This document shows positions 11,143 to 22,796 of a stretch of 64,000 nucleotides of DNA, in pieces (position 1 is the first letter of the stretch; each line of letters starts with the position of its first letter). The stretch spans positions 930,001-994,000 of the forward strand of contig NW_026515668.1 of NCBI RefSeq assembly GCF_025526975.1, written 5' to 3'. The DNA comes from Fimicolochytrium jonesii. Lineage: Eukaryota. The translations under genes were made by a program, and so were the position numbers. The notes beneath the pieces were generated by a model, which saw nothing but the letters and a program-made list of their open reading frames with translations, searched no databases and had not been told where the DNA came from.

Positions 11143-12591
11143 ATGAAGCCGTTCTGTGAATCCACAAGAAAGATAGCCCTCCTGGCCCTCCTCCTCACCT
11201 CCTCCAGCGCAACCACCTTCACCACCCACTACGACATCGACCTCTCCTCCCTCCTCCACCCCGGCATCCCGCGCTACACCCCGCGCGCCGCATCCCACCC
11301 GCCACCCCGCCACCTCCTCCGCCGACAACAATCCCCCGACCTTACGACCCCAATAGCCCTCGACTTTACCTGCGACCCGTCCCTCCCGCCGTCCCTCCTA
11401 ACCCGCACCCAAATCGCGCAGATCTCCACCGGCTCAACATCAGCCCTGCCGGGACCAGACTCAAACACATGCACAAAAGCCCACGCCACGATCCTCCGCG
11501 CCCTCACCCGCATCTCGCACGTCATCTACCTCCGCACCCCGATCACCGTCTCCGCCCAATTCTTCTCCTTCTGCGCGGCCGCGCAAACACCCTCAAGCAC
11601 CCCGGACGACCTCACCCAGTGCAGGAACGCCGCGGAGGTGCTCGGGTCCGCCGGGCCGGCCGGGTGGCACGAATGGAACGCGACGGCTGCGGGGGCGGTC
11701 GGGGTCGACGCGGCGTACCTGTACCCATCCGCGTTAGCGAGACAGTACGCGCCCGCGGAGCTGGCCCTCCAACACCAAGTCGTCGACATCTCCGCCAGTT
11801 TCAATTCCGAGCCGCTGTGGTGGTTCCCGACCCACGACGACCCCACGGGCGGGGCGGGCGGGCCGGCGTCCACCTCGGACTCTGATTCATCCGCGTCGGT
11901 GTGGTCGGCGGCCCTCGCGTGGGCCAGGCAATGGGGCGGAAGGGTGTCGCCGCCCACACGGCTCCGGGGGCAGATCTACGATTTCGAGCAAATCTGCTTA
12001 CATGAACTCGTCCACGGCCTCGGGTTCATGTCGTCGTGGTTCCCCTACCTGTCGCCGACCGCCCTCCTCCCCGCAGCCCCTCTTGTCTTGAACGGGGTGA
12101 ATGTGGGGTTGAGCAAGGAGTATGTGTTCAACAAGTGGATGCGCGATGTGGCGGGGGGGAGGTGGATGAGCGAGTGGGCGGGGGAGATCTATGGCGCGGC
12201 GGGGAATGGGACGGGGATGGAGGGATGGGAGGAGACGTTTCGGGCGAGTGGGGCATACGTGGTGGCTGAGCGGCTGTACAATCGCACGGCGACGCGGCCG
12301 GGGGCCATGGCGGTGTATTACCCAAAGTACACGGGTGGTGGAGCGAGGAGTCGGGCCCCGGTGGAGATGGCGTACGCGTTGCTGTACACGCCCGCGCGGT
12401 ACAGCCCGGGGAGCACGATGAGCCATGTGGATAACGCGGTGTATTCGGGGACAAGGGAGGTGCTGATGCGCGCGTTTGGGACTAGTGGGGTTGGGTTGGA
12501 TGGGTATCGGCCGAGGGGGGAGCCGATTGGGGAGGTCGTGCAGGGCGTGTTGGCGGCGATGGGGTATGCTACGAGTTTTTTTCAGCCGTAG
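11143..12591 (+). CDS. Secreted protein with zincin-like HExxH motif (putative metallopeptidase), single exon
   Basis: Hydrophobic signal (IALLALLLTSSSA), YDFEQICLHELVHGLGF, LYTPARYSPGSTMSHVD and a downstream LM; about 482 aa from ATG 11143. Confidence 0.75.
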   Translation: MKPFCESTRKIALLALLLTSSSATTFTTHYDIDLSSLLHPGIPRYTPRAASHPPPRHLLRRQQSPDLTTPIALDFTCDPSLPPSLLTRTQIAQISTGSTSALPGPDSNTCTKAHATILRALTRISHVIYLRTPITVSAQFFSFCAAAQTPSSTPDDLTQCRNAAEVLGSAGPAGWHEWNATAAGAVGVDAAYLYPSALARQYAPAELALQHQVVDISASFNSEPLWWFPTHDDPTGGAGGPASTSDSDSSASVWSAALAWARQWGGRVSPPTRLRGQIYDFEQICLHELVHGLGFMSSWFPYLSPTALLPAAPLVLNGVNVGLSKEYVFNKWMRDVAGGRWMSEWAGEIYGAAGNGTGMEGWEETFRASGAYVVAERLYNRTATRPGAMAVYYPKYTGGGARSRAPVEMAYALLYTPARYSPGSTMSHVDNAVYSGTREVLMRAFGTSGVGLDGYRPRGEPIGEVVQGVLAAMGYATSFFQP

Positions 12592-12923
12592 AGCGTGGGG
12601 ACGAACGTATGTGCAGCTCTTTCCATTTTTGTACAATGTCCAACAAATATCACATCAAACACATGTTCGCGGGATGTGCAACGTCAGTATATGCAACAGT
12701 CCTTTTTCTTACGAGAAACGCCGGTCTCAGGAGGTATATGTATGTACAAGAAGAAAAACAACTACGGACGGGGTTGCAGAGATACTCCAGGGATATAACC
12801 AACTACATACAGCCCATCAGCGAAGCAGGCAGGGGCCACGCAAACCACGAATCAGTCGTACATCGTAACAGCACACAGCTAACCAAAGGACAACACTACG
12901 CTGCCGTGTATAAAACCTTCCAT

Positions 12924-13400
12924 TCACTCGATCTTCGCCTCCTTCACCCCCTCCTCAGCCGCCGGCGCAACAGCCTGCACAGGGTACGCCCCAGCCACCC
13001 CGGTCCCAGGCACGGTAACCAGCCTCATCTTCCTCACCCACATCCTCCGTCTCGTCAAACTCGACATATACGGTGCACGCCTAGGGTTCGCCCACAACTG
13101 CCACCCGCCGGTGTTCGGGTCGACGTCGGCCCACCCGACATCGAGCAGCCAGTCGTCGTCGGCCCATTCCCAGTCGCCGAGCGGGTCGGGCGGGGGAGCG
13201 AAGAGGTCTTTTGTGGGGCGGGAGAGGGTGCCGGTGGAGTCGGACCAGGCGCCGCGAAACCAACAACCACAATACTCCCATCCCCCGTCTTCCTCGCCTC
13301 CTTAACCGCCTCCTTGAAAGTGTCCACCTGGAACTTGAGCTTCTTCAGGCCTTCCCAAAAGTCCACGGGGCTGATGATCATGGCCTTCCCTCAACATGTT
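12924..13400 (-). pseudogene. Relic of a dysferlin (DysF)-domain peroxin-like gene (Pex23/Pex24 family C-terminus)
   Basis: A frame not in the ORF list reads AWSDSTG...PDPLGDWEWADDDWLLDVGWADVDPNTGGWQLWANP...SLTRRRMWVRKM. It is out of frame with the upstream piece and lacks the N-terminal membrane region. Confidence 0.6.
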
Positions 13401-14217
13401 CTGGCTGGGGCTGGCGCGTGAGATGGTCGTTCGAGTCCGTTCTAAGAGGTTATCAACGCTACAGTATAAACACTACCTCTCGTGCGTACCCACCCCATAG
13501 ATCCACCGACTTTCATCATCATCCCCGGTCCCTACTTGCGACTTGCGAGTGTGTGAGCTGGTGTGTGAGGCATGTGTGAGGGCTTTCACTCAAGTTTCAA
13601 CGCGTTGTGAGGGCTGCTGTGGACGGCTGCACGCGAAAGGGAGATCGCGCGCGGTGGACACTTCGAACCCCGGCCGCTTTCATTCCCAATGCGATGTCGG
13701 GGGTCAAGATGTCGGGTTCAATCTCGCAATTGCGGCATGTCTGGTCTGGCCGCCTTGTCTGGTCTGGTCTGGCGCGACCTACACAGGGGGATGGGTCGCG
13801 TATTCAAGATGCAACTCGGTTCAGAGTGCCATCGGGAAGGGAAGGGAAAGGGGTGTGAGCTTTGGGCCTAAGCTAGTTAACTATCTACGTACCCAACTAC
13901 TGTACTGCACCCGTCTCCTCTCCTTTCTACATATCTACCACAAGGGAGCCGGATTCCGCTCCCACGGCCCCACATTCCACCGGGGTCGATGACCTTGATG
14001 TCGGGAATAAGCTTAACTCGGACTACCCTCCCACCAATGACGAGTCTACTTCCTTCCTTCCCCCTTGATGTCATGCCCCCGGCTTCTGTCATTTTCGAAT
14101 CAACCCAGCTCAGAAATAAGGCAGGACAGGAGGGATCCACGTTCGCCGAAAGCGCACGGTCAACAGATCGGTTTGCAAAAACGAGCACCTCATCTATTCG
14201 TTTCCGAAAACACAACC

Positions 14218-15709
14218 ATGGCAGCTGTAGTCGACCCCAACACCCCGACCCCCGCAGGCACCAACCTCACCACCGTCAACGTAACCCTCACCCTCGACAC
14301 GCCCACCAATAACTCTGTCGTCGGTTTCGGCGACGCCACCGCCCCCGACGCAAACTTCCGACCCGTCCCCATCCTCCCCGCGCCCAGCACCACAAACACC
14401 AGCACAAATGCCACCGCCCCGCGCCCCGGGGGAAGTCTCGGCGGGCCGCCCCGCGCGTTGGTCCTCCAATCCTTCACGGACCTCCAAACCTCCAACCTCA
14501 ACTCCGCCATCTTCGGCTTCCTGACCGCGTGGTGTCTGTACACGACGTACACGGCGTGGCGCGCGTACCGGTCCCGGCGCAAACCGATCTACCTGCTCAA
14601 CGGGCTGCAGACGACCCTCGTGGCGATCAAGACGGTGTGCGCGACGTGCTACGCGACGCTGAATGCCGCCGGGCTGGACTGTGCCGCCCGCAGCCCATTG
14701 ATGAATGTGCCGCTGGTGTTGGCGTGGGACAGTATCTGGGCGATCATGTTGGTCAAGCTGCTGTTGTTTACGGAGTGGAAGAGGACTAGTAAGGCGCTGG
14801 TTGGGGCGGCCGCCGTGGCGCATTTTGCGGTGGTGGTGTATGGGGTCGTGAGGCGCACCAGCACCGTGTCGGTGACGGGGTTGTGTGGGGATAAATATCC
14901 GTTGGTGTTCAAGCATCAGTATGCTATTGAGGTAAGAGCGAAACAGAGCCCGGCCTTTTTTTTGCGTTGGGCACGTTGTGATTTTACTCATCATGTGAGA
15001 TTTACAGTTGGGGCTGGAAATCGTAACGACAGGCATGCTCCTGCAAGGCATCACCTCGCGACGTCGCGGGGGTGTGTTTGCGTCCACGAAAGAGGTGTTT
15101 CGACAGCTGCAGGCGAATGAACATACGAGAGTGTTTTTCGCCCTCGTACGTAGACCCCCGGTCGTCTCGCCTCCCCGACCCCAAAATCTCAACTGATCTC
15201 ACATTTTCTGATTTTTTTTTTAGATATTCGTAACACTCAAAATCCTCTTCACCTACGGCAACTTCAGTCTGGTCGCCGGGCTAACACACGCGGTCGACTC
15301 GGCTCGCTCGGCCGTGGTGTCATGGGCGCTCGTGAAGGAACAGCGCAATTCAGTAGCGCGGAAACACGCCGCGGCCGCCGCATCCAAAAACACTCAAAGC
15401 CAGAACGCACGGTCCCGCAACCAAAGCGCCAAACCGGGCGGAAAAGCAGGGTATGACACACAAGGCAAAGGGGACGGGACTGTAAAGACAATGCAGAATG
15501 GTGCGGTGAGGAATACACGTATCGCCACCACACCCCCAGTGCAGGAATCGCAGGATGAGGATTTGGATCTGAGTTTTGGGGATATACCGGGGTTTGATTA
15601 CCATGGGCGGGATGATGAGGAGGGGAGTCGGGATGCGTTGGCGCGGAAGGGGGAGGAGGAGGGAGACGGGAGTCGGGAGACTGTTGCTGGGGATGGTGAT
15701 ATTGTCTAG
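14218..15709 (+). CDS. Orphan multi-pass membrane protein, about 7 TM (GPCR-like topology), 3 exons
   Basis: Exons 14218-14931, 15008-15145 and 15224-15709 join in frame. There is an N-terminal T/N-rich ectodomain with NxS/T sites, seven hydrophobic segments and a polar C-tail. Confidence 0.75.
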
Positions 15710-16031
15710 CGGAGGTGAGGGTTGTGTTGTCGGGAGTCGGAGCGCTAAGGGATTAAGCCGTATGTTCTATGAATATGTCAAGTGTTCATATACGTATAGG
15801 TACTGTACGGAATGGGCTTTATTGGGACGTGCTGCTCTTTTGGGTGGGTGGGTTTTCTGAAGGGCGAGGCCCAGTGCGCACATCCTGGTACAGTACGCTA
15901 TCCTAAATATAAACTCCCTGCCACGCGTGACGCGCTCGAAATTAAATTCACATGTCATTCGAGCCATCGCTCAAAACCACACCCGGCTCAGCAAGGATCC
16001 CGCTTGTATCTCATCTCAACGCACAGCAACA

Positions 16032-17798
16032 ATGGCAGAAATTTACGGACCAAGCGAGTACGAATACACCGAGCGTGATCTCGCTCTCTACGCCCTCGGC
16101 GTCGGAGCCACGCGCGAAGACCTCCGATGGGTTTATGAGAATGACGAGAACTTTGCTCCTCTGCCGACGTTCGGTGTCGTGCCGCCCTTTAACACGATGA
16201 TGGAGACGCCATTTGGTGACTTTTTGCCTGGGTTCAACCCGGTAGGTGGATTCGACTTTTGGGGATGAACGTGAGGCGGGCGTGTCGTAGCACGCCGAGA
16301 GCTGGTGGAGGCTGTTGGAAGCAAATATGGCAGAGGGTGGGAACAATGGGCGGTGACAGTGCGGTGTGTGCTGGAGATGGGAGAAGACGTGCACCGAGGG
16401 GAAACAGGTTATTCGAGAATGTGCTGCTGTGGATGATTATGGGGCGGAAAGGTGGGAAACGAATACGGCGCAAGCGGGCGCGGTAAACTGCGGACATGGC
16501 AATTGAATCTGGATGCACATCATTGTGTCAACTGACGATGTGATATTTTGCGGACGCATTTACTAAATGTCCTCAATCGGTTCTCAGATGATGCTCTTGC
16601 ACGGTGAGCAGTACCTGGAACTGCACCACCCGGCCCCAACATCCGGCAAGCTGATCACAACGGGCAAGATTGTGGACATCGTCGACAAGGGCAAAGGCGT
16701 CGTTGTCGTCATGGGCACAACCACGAAGGACGAGGAAGGCAACGTGATCTACTACAACGAATTCTCCAACTTCATTCGTGGCGTCAAAAACGTTGGCAAC
16801 AAATCGGGAAAGGACCGTGGACCGGCGACCGCCTCCAACGACCCACCCAACCGTAAACCCGACGCGATCGTGCAGGAAAAAACCACCGAAAACCAGGCGG
16901 CGTTGTACCGTCTCAGTGGTGACACCAACCCCCTCCACATTGACCCGAACATGAGCAGCATCGGCGGGTTCGACGTGCCAATTCTCCACGGCCTCTGCAG
17001 TTTCGGCATCTCTGCGAAACATGTCTTGAAGCACTTCGGAGAGTCTGATGGGTCCAAGGTCAAGAGCATCAAGGCCAGATTCTCGAAACACGTCTTCCCC
17101 GGCGAGACGCTCCAGACGGAGATGTGGAAGGAGGGAAACAAGGTCATCTACCAGGTCCGCGTCCTCGAACGGGACGCTATCGCCATTTCGAACGCTGCAC
17201 TTGTCTTCCACGGTGATGCGAATGATGCATCAGCATCCGCTGGCGGTGCTGCTGAAGCGTCTGCCCCGGCTGGCGTTTCTGCTCCCGGGTTCAAAGCCAG
17301 CCCCGTCTTCGAGGCGTTGAAGGCTGCCATCGAGAGCGGATCTGAAGAGGAGCGTAAAGCTCGGGTTGGCAAGGTGTGTGTCGGCCCAATACACCTTTTT
17401 GCATGCCTCATGACGATTCTCATCCCATCCCCACTCCCAATCCAGACAAAAGCCCTCTTCCAATTCAACCTCACCACCAGCCCCAGCTCCGAGCCAACCT
17501 CGTGGACAGTCGACCTCAAGAACGGGCTCGGCAGCGTGAACCTCGGGCCCGCCAAGAACCCCGACGCAACCGTCATCGTTTCCGACGACGACTTTGTGGC
17601 GTTGGCGGCTGGCAAGGCGAATGCGCAGAAGCTGTTCATGGGTGGGAAGCTGAAGGTTAAGGGCCAGATGATGTTGGCTATGGTGCGTTTATTAGTTGGG
17701 TTTTCGGTCCTTATGAGGGGGATTTTGGAACTGATCTTCTCTTGTTACAGAAACTGGACTCGGTCTTGCAAGAAGCTCGCAAGAAGGCAAAGTTGTAG
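16032..17798 (+). CDS. Peroxisomal enoyl-CoA hydratase 2 fused to SCP2 domain (MFE-2 lacking the dehydrogenase), 4 exons
   Basis: LYALGVGA, LPTFGVV, LLHGEQYL, YRLSGDTNPLHIDP (hydratase-2 motif), ILHGLCSFG, SCP2 (QKLFMGGKLKVKGQMMLAMKL), C-terminal PTS1 AKL. Confidence 0.93.
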
Positions 17799-18162
17799 AT
17801 TACCAAATAATGCGGCGGATGGTACACATATAGCGTAGGCGTGTATTTAGGAACGTTGTATGAGCACGGCTTTGACCGAAACCAGATGTAGTTTGGGAAA
17901 TCTTATAGATCCTGTTTTTCGCCTTTTCCTTTCGCCGATTTTCCCACGACAGTTTCCACGCTAAGTGCTTTGCAGACCAGTGATATTTGTTTGCAAGTAT
18001 TGCTGCTGTCTATGATGAGTGGGCTTCCAAAAAGAATACATCATCTATCTACATACGCTATCCTAAACTCCCTGCCACGCACATTTGTCGGAGATCGGCC
18101 ACCTTCCCCAGCAGAGTCCATGTGCACAACGTATCCTCTCTTCAATACATCTTCAGTCACAA

Positions 18163-18849
18163 CTACTCCACCGCCCAATCCCCACTCCTCCCGCCCGACT
18201 TCCTCACCACCCTAACATCCGCAATCCGCATCCCCTTATCCACCGCCTTACACATATCAAACACCGTGCAACACGCCACTGAAACCGCCACCAGTGCCTC
18301 CATCTCCACGCCCGTCGGGCCATGACACGCTACTGTCGCCCGTGCCTCCACATAGTGCCCAGCATCCTCCCCTCCATCTCCACTGAGCGTCAACCCCACA
18401 TCGATCTTGGTAAGACTCAGCGGATGACATAATGGAATCAACGTCCCCGTCTGCTTTGCGGCGTTGATACCGGCGATCTTGGCGACCGTTAGGACGTCAC
18501 CCTTTTTGTGCCCGTTGGCGCGGATCAGAGAGTGAGCGTGGGAAGAGAGGTAGATGCGGCCTGTGGCAGTGGCGGTGCGGTGGGTTGAGGGCTTGGGTGT
18601 TACGTCGACTATTTGAGCGCTACCTGTTTTTGGGTCGGTGTGCGTTAGGTGCAGTGATGCGGAATGGGGAGATGGTGGTAATGCCGGTTTCGTTTGCGAG
18701 GGAGGTTTATATTGAGTCTCGATTCTGCGGATCTGTTTGGAATGGGAAAGCGGCTGGTGTGGGAGTTGTTTCCGGTCTACAAAAATTGGCCGACATTGTA
18801 GAGCCACCTTGCACGATGTTGCAAGATGAACCACCCGGCGATAGGACAT
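18163..18849 (-). CDS. moaC: Cyclic pyranopterin monophosphate synthase, MoaC/Cnx3/MOCS1B type (start uncertain)
   Basis: LTHTD...IVDVTPK, KKGDVLTVAKIAGINAAKQTGTLIPLCHPL, TGVEMEAL, DMCKAVDK, KSGGRSG. Confidence 0.95.
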   Translation of the reverse strand: MSYRRVVHLATSCKVALQCRPIFVDRKQLPHQPLSHSKQIRRIETQYKPPSQTKPALPPSPHSASLHLTHTDPKTGSAQIVDVTPKPSTHRTATATGRIYLSSHAHSLIRANGHKKGDVLTVAKIAGINAAKQTGTLIPLCHPLSLTKIDVGLTLSGDGGEDAGHYVEARATVACHGPTGVEMEALVAVSVACCTVFDMCKAVDKGMRIADVRVVRKSGGRSGDWAVE

Positions 18850-19149
18850 GACCTGGTGAAGGGAGGCTGGTCAGGTCCGGTGCGGACTGCAGTGAGAGGG
18901 ACACAGCGGAGAGGTGGCACTTGCCATACAGATATCCAGTATCCTCAATAGCTTCCTGTACGCTCCAGTGCTTGCGGTTATGCTCGATCCCTACTTGCGA
19001 CTTGCGAGTGTGTGAGGGCAGACTCAAGTTTCAACGCGTTTTTTCGAAGGAGGCGAAAACGGTGGGACTCCGAGGGAGGGAATTAGAAGACTTTGCAACG
19101 CACGCTGAGGTGCATGGAGTGAGGGACAATAAGCCTCATACATATCTAC

Positions 19150-21318
19150 ATGCTACTGGCACCCCTCCCAAGCCTTCTCAGCCGCACGGGGACGCTTCTC
19201 GCCCGACTTCATAGCCACCAAAATATCAGAGTAGCGGCAATTGGTAGCAGAATGAGCACCCACCAACGCAAGCCGGTGTTCGCCGTAGTAGGCACAACCG
19301 GCGTCGGGAAATCACAACTAGGGATAGAGCTCGCAAAAGCTATTGGCGGGGAAGTCATTAACGCGGACTCTATGCAAGTATGTCTGTGCGTCTCCTTTTG
19401 GTTCGGAGTTTTCGGACAGTTTGACCAACATACCATTCTTCCCAAAAGCAAAGGTGTACAAAGGCCTCGATATTGCAACCAACAAAGCGACGATGCAGGA
19501 ACGCGACGGCGTGCCACACCATCTGATGGACTTTGTTGAACCATCGGAGGAGTATTCGGTGATTGAATTTGAGAGGGACGCTTTACGTGTGGTACGATCG
19601 GGTGGTCGTCTCTTCACAGTGACTGCCTGGATAACCGTCTGGCGGATATCAGATAGACGAGGTCCACTCCCGGAATCGCATTCCCATCCTCGTCGGCGGG
19701 ACAAACTACTACATTCAATCCGTACTGTGGGAACAGCAGATTATCTCGTCGGCAGCGGGTTCGGATCCAGAGCGGGTGAATCCAATGGCAGGGGATAGAG
19801 ACGTGATCCATCCGTCGCTGGCTGCTCATCCGTTACGAGCACGCATTGCGGAAGCGTTGGCGGCTACGCAGAGCGGGACGAGAGGTCCTGCGCTCAATGC
19901 CAGCGCGGACAGCGTGGATTTGCTGGGGTTGTTGGCTGAGGTTGATCCTGGTACGATTACCCTTTTGCCGTTGAATGGGAGTGCGCTGCAACTTACTCAT
20001 GATGTATGTCTACATGTAGGCATGGCGGACAGATGGCATGCGAAAGACACCCGCAAGATTCGTCGGAGTTTACAGGTACGGTATCCTACAGTTCTTCCCT
20101 CTTTGCCCTCCACTGACGGTGTCATCTAGGTGTTCTATACGACTGGCAAGGCCCATAGTACACTACTAGCCGAGCAGAAGCAATCGGGAGAAGCCGGGAG
20201 TCATTTGAGGTTCGCGTAATATAAAGGTATTCGGTTACAAACTTGAAAATGACGCCTGGTCTTGCTAGGTTCGACACATGCGTGTTCTGGATCTACTCTG
20301 ACCCAGCAACGCTATACCCACGCCTCGACGCACGTGTGGACGAAATGACGAAAGTGGGTCCCGGCTTGATGTTCCCAAACAAAAGTTCAAGTGAAGTATT
20401 TTAGAAACTCATCCCTTCCGCTCCACAGCTGGGGCTCTTCAACGAACTCTCAGAAATGCGCCACAGAGTCCGCTCAGGACAGGTCCTCGGCGCTCCCGCA
20501 TCCGGCTCTGCAGATTATACGCGCGGGATCTTACAAGCCATAGGTGTGCACCACCCTTCTCGATTATCATCACCACACCCCCGTTCCCCAATTGACTAAC
20601 TCCTCCTGTAAAGGCTTCAAAGAGTTCTCCCCCTACCTAACCGTGCTCGAATCCCCCCAGCCACCATCACCAGACGCACTAGAAAAACTGAAATTGGAAG
20701 GCTTGGAACTGATGAAGCGCGCGACGAGACAGTATGCGAAACGGCAGGTTACGTGGTTGAGGAATAAGATGGCTGGGGCTGTTTTGGAGGAGACGCAGGG
20801 TGGGAGTGGGGAGGTGCGGGGGAGGGCGGCGTTTTATGTATTGGACGCGTCAGGTAACGATTGGTTACCTTGCGAAACACGGAGAAATTGTCGCTGATGG
20901 AATGGGTACTTCTCAAATGTTAGATATCGCAAAATGGACCGCCAACGTCTCCACCACCGCCCTCACGATCGCCCGCACATTCCTTTCCCCCACCACCTCT
21001 AACGAGCAGCTACCCTTCCCATACACCCTCACCCCCCTCGCCTCTCAACTCTTCCCACCACCACCGCATCCATCACCGGAACACCCCACCCCAAATAAAC
21101 CAACATGGAAAAAACACACCTGTCCCTTCTGCATCGACACACAAACGGGGAAGCCGAAGGTGTTGAATGGGGAGCATGAGTGGAGGGTGCATTTGGGGAC
21201 TAGGGGGCATAAAATGAGGATGGGTGGTGGGGAGAGCGGGAGGAGAGGGAGACGGAGGGAAAGTGGTGGTGGGGATGTGAGCAGGGAGGAGGTGGCGGGT
21301 AGAATAGATGTGGAGTAG
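19150..21318 (+). CDS. MOD5: tRNA dimethylallyltransferase (Mod5/TRIT1), multi-exon
   Basis: [71 protein letters not shown]-terminal CPFC...HLGTRGH zinc finger. Confidence 0.96.
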
Positions 21319-22796
21319 GTAGGATGTACGGTTTTTTTTGGGTGGCAGAGACGTGGAACGTCCCCAACCATTCACTTTCTCGAACGTATCGACATCGTGT
21401 GGGGGTCTTCGAAGGGGGAACGCGGAAAGTGCGAGGAATGTGGAGAAGGGTGCTTGTTGTTGTTGTTGTTGATGATGACGGCGCCGGTGGGGGGGAGCGA
21501 GCGGAGACCAAGACGTGGGTCGTTGATGATGCCGACGACGGGTGCTGGGGCGTTCCAACACCTACCAGGCGGGGCGGTGCGTCGGAAATCACCTCAGCAA
21601 TCGACAAGGGGGAGGGTATGCGCATCAATGGAAGCAGGAGGGCGGAACGCGGCACCACACCCCCACCGCCCACCGACGACAGGCCGGCAACCGCATCCCC
21701 TCGGTACAGCCGTCGACAGTCGTAGTCCATCATCCACCCACACCCCCATTGCCCAAGAAGACCAACAAACAAACCTATCCACAAAAAAATTCAAAAGCCT
21801 CCGCCTCCCCCAATACCCCACCCTCTCTGCCTCACCCTGCAGCACCCAATCAAATGGACACCCCTCCACACAACCCCACCTCCTCACCGCCCCACAACAC
21901 CCCCGACACAGCTGTACAAACACCTCGCGGATCATATCAACGCCCGGGTCGGGTCAGGGCCACGTGACACCGGGTCAGGAAGACGTGTTGGGCGATGAGG
22001 AGGGGTGATCAGCGGGTGGTTGAAGAGGGTGGGAGGGGAAGCGGGGAGTGGCGATAGTGAGATACGATCGAAGATACATTGGCCTCTAGCATACCACCGA
22101 ACTACTCCTATTTGAATCTCATCCCTCTCCCGGTACAGTACAAAAAAAAGATTTACGGTGAGGGAGGAGGGGGCTGCGTGTACTGTACAGTATGTTACAG
22201 AGTATGGACAGTACGTGGGCTCACAGCGCGTTACGAAGCAGGTTACGAAGTTCCATAGGCTCAGGGCATTGCATTGGGAAGGAACGCTCAATGGGAAAGG
22301 CAATGGGAAGGCTGGCCAATGGGAAGCTGTGGTGCGAGATGGACATGCTGTCTCCGAATATCGAGAGAATGGAAATGAATGAAGCTGCCCCAAACCCGCG
22401 CACATCTTATCTGCTGAGGCCCCTCCACGCTCACCGCCAACCCCGCATACTCTCCACACTCGTACCCCAACATCATGCCATGTGTCCTGTCAGAATCGGA
22501 CGGAGATTTATCCTCGCGCCATCGGAATTCGACAGCGCGTGCGGTGTCAAGCCCGTCACTTTAATGCGCTCCAGTCAGCTTCCTCCATACCTTCCTCCAT
22601 ACATACGGTTCCACTTACATCAGCGCGGGTTCGGCAAGCATAAACACATAGGAGTTACAAGGTCGCCGGGTGAAGTGGACGGGCGCTTAATCAACCTACA
22701 CACACCCGTCTCGAGGACAACAGGGGACCGCGGGGGGCAATTCAAAGCCGCTGCTCAGTCGGGGGATTTATCGCCGTCCCCCTCCCCCGTCGAAAG

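Noticed and set aside
21324..22008. Overlapping 130-200 aa ORFs on both strands
   Set aside because: Low-complexity C-rich/G-rich sequence explains the stop-free frames; no family was recognised.
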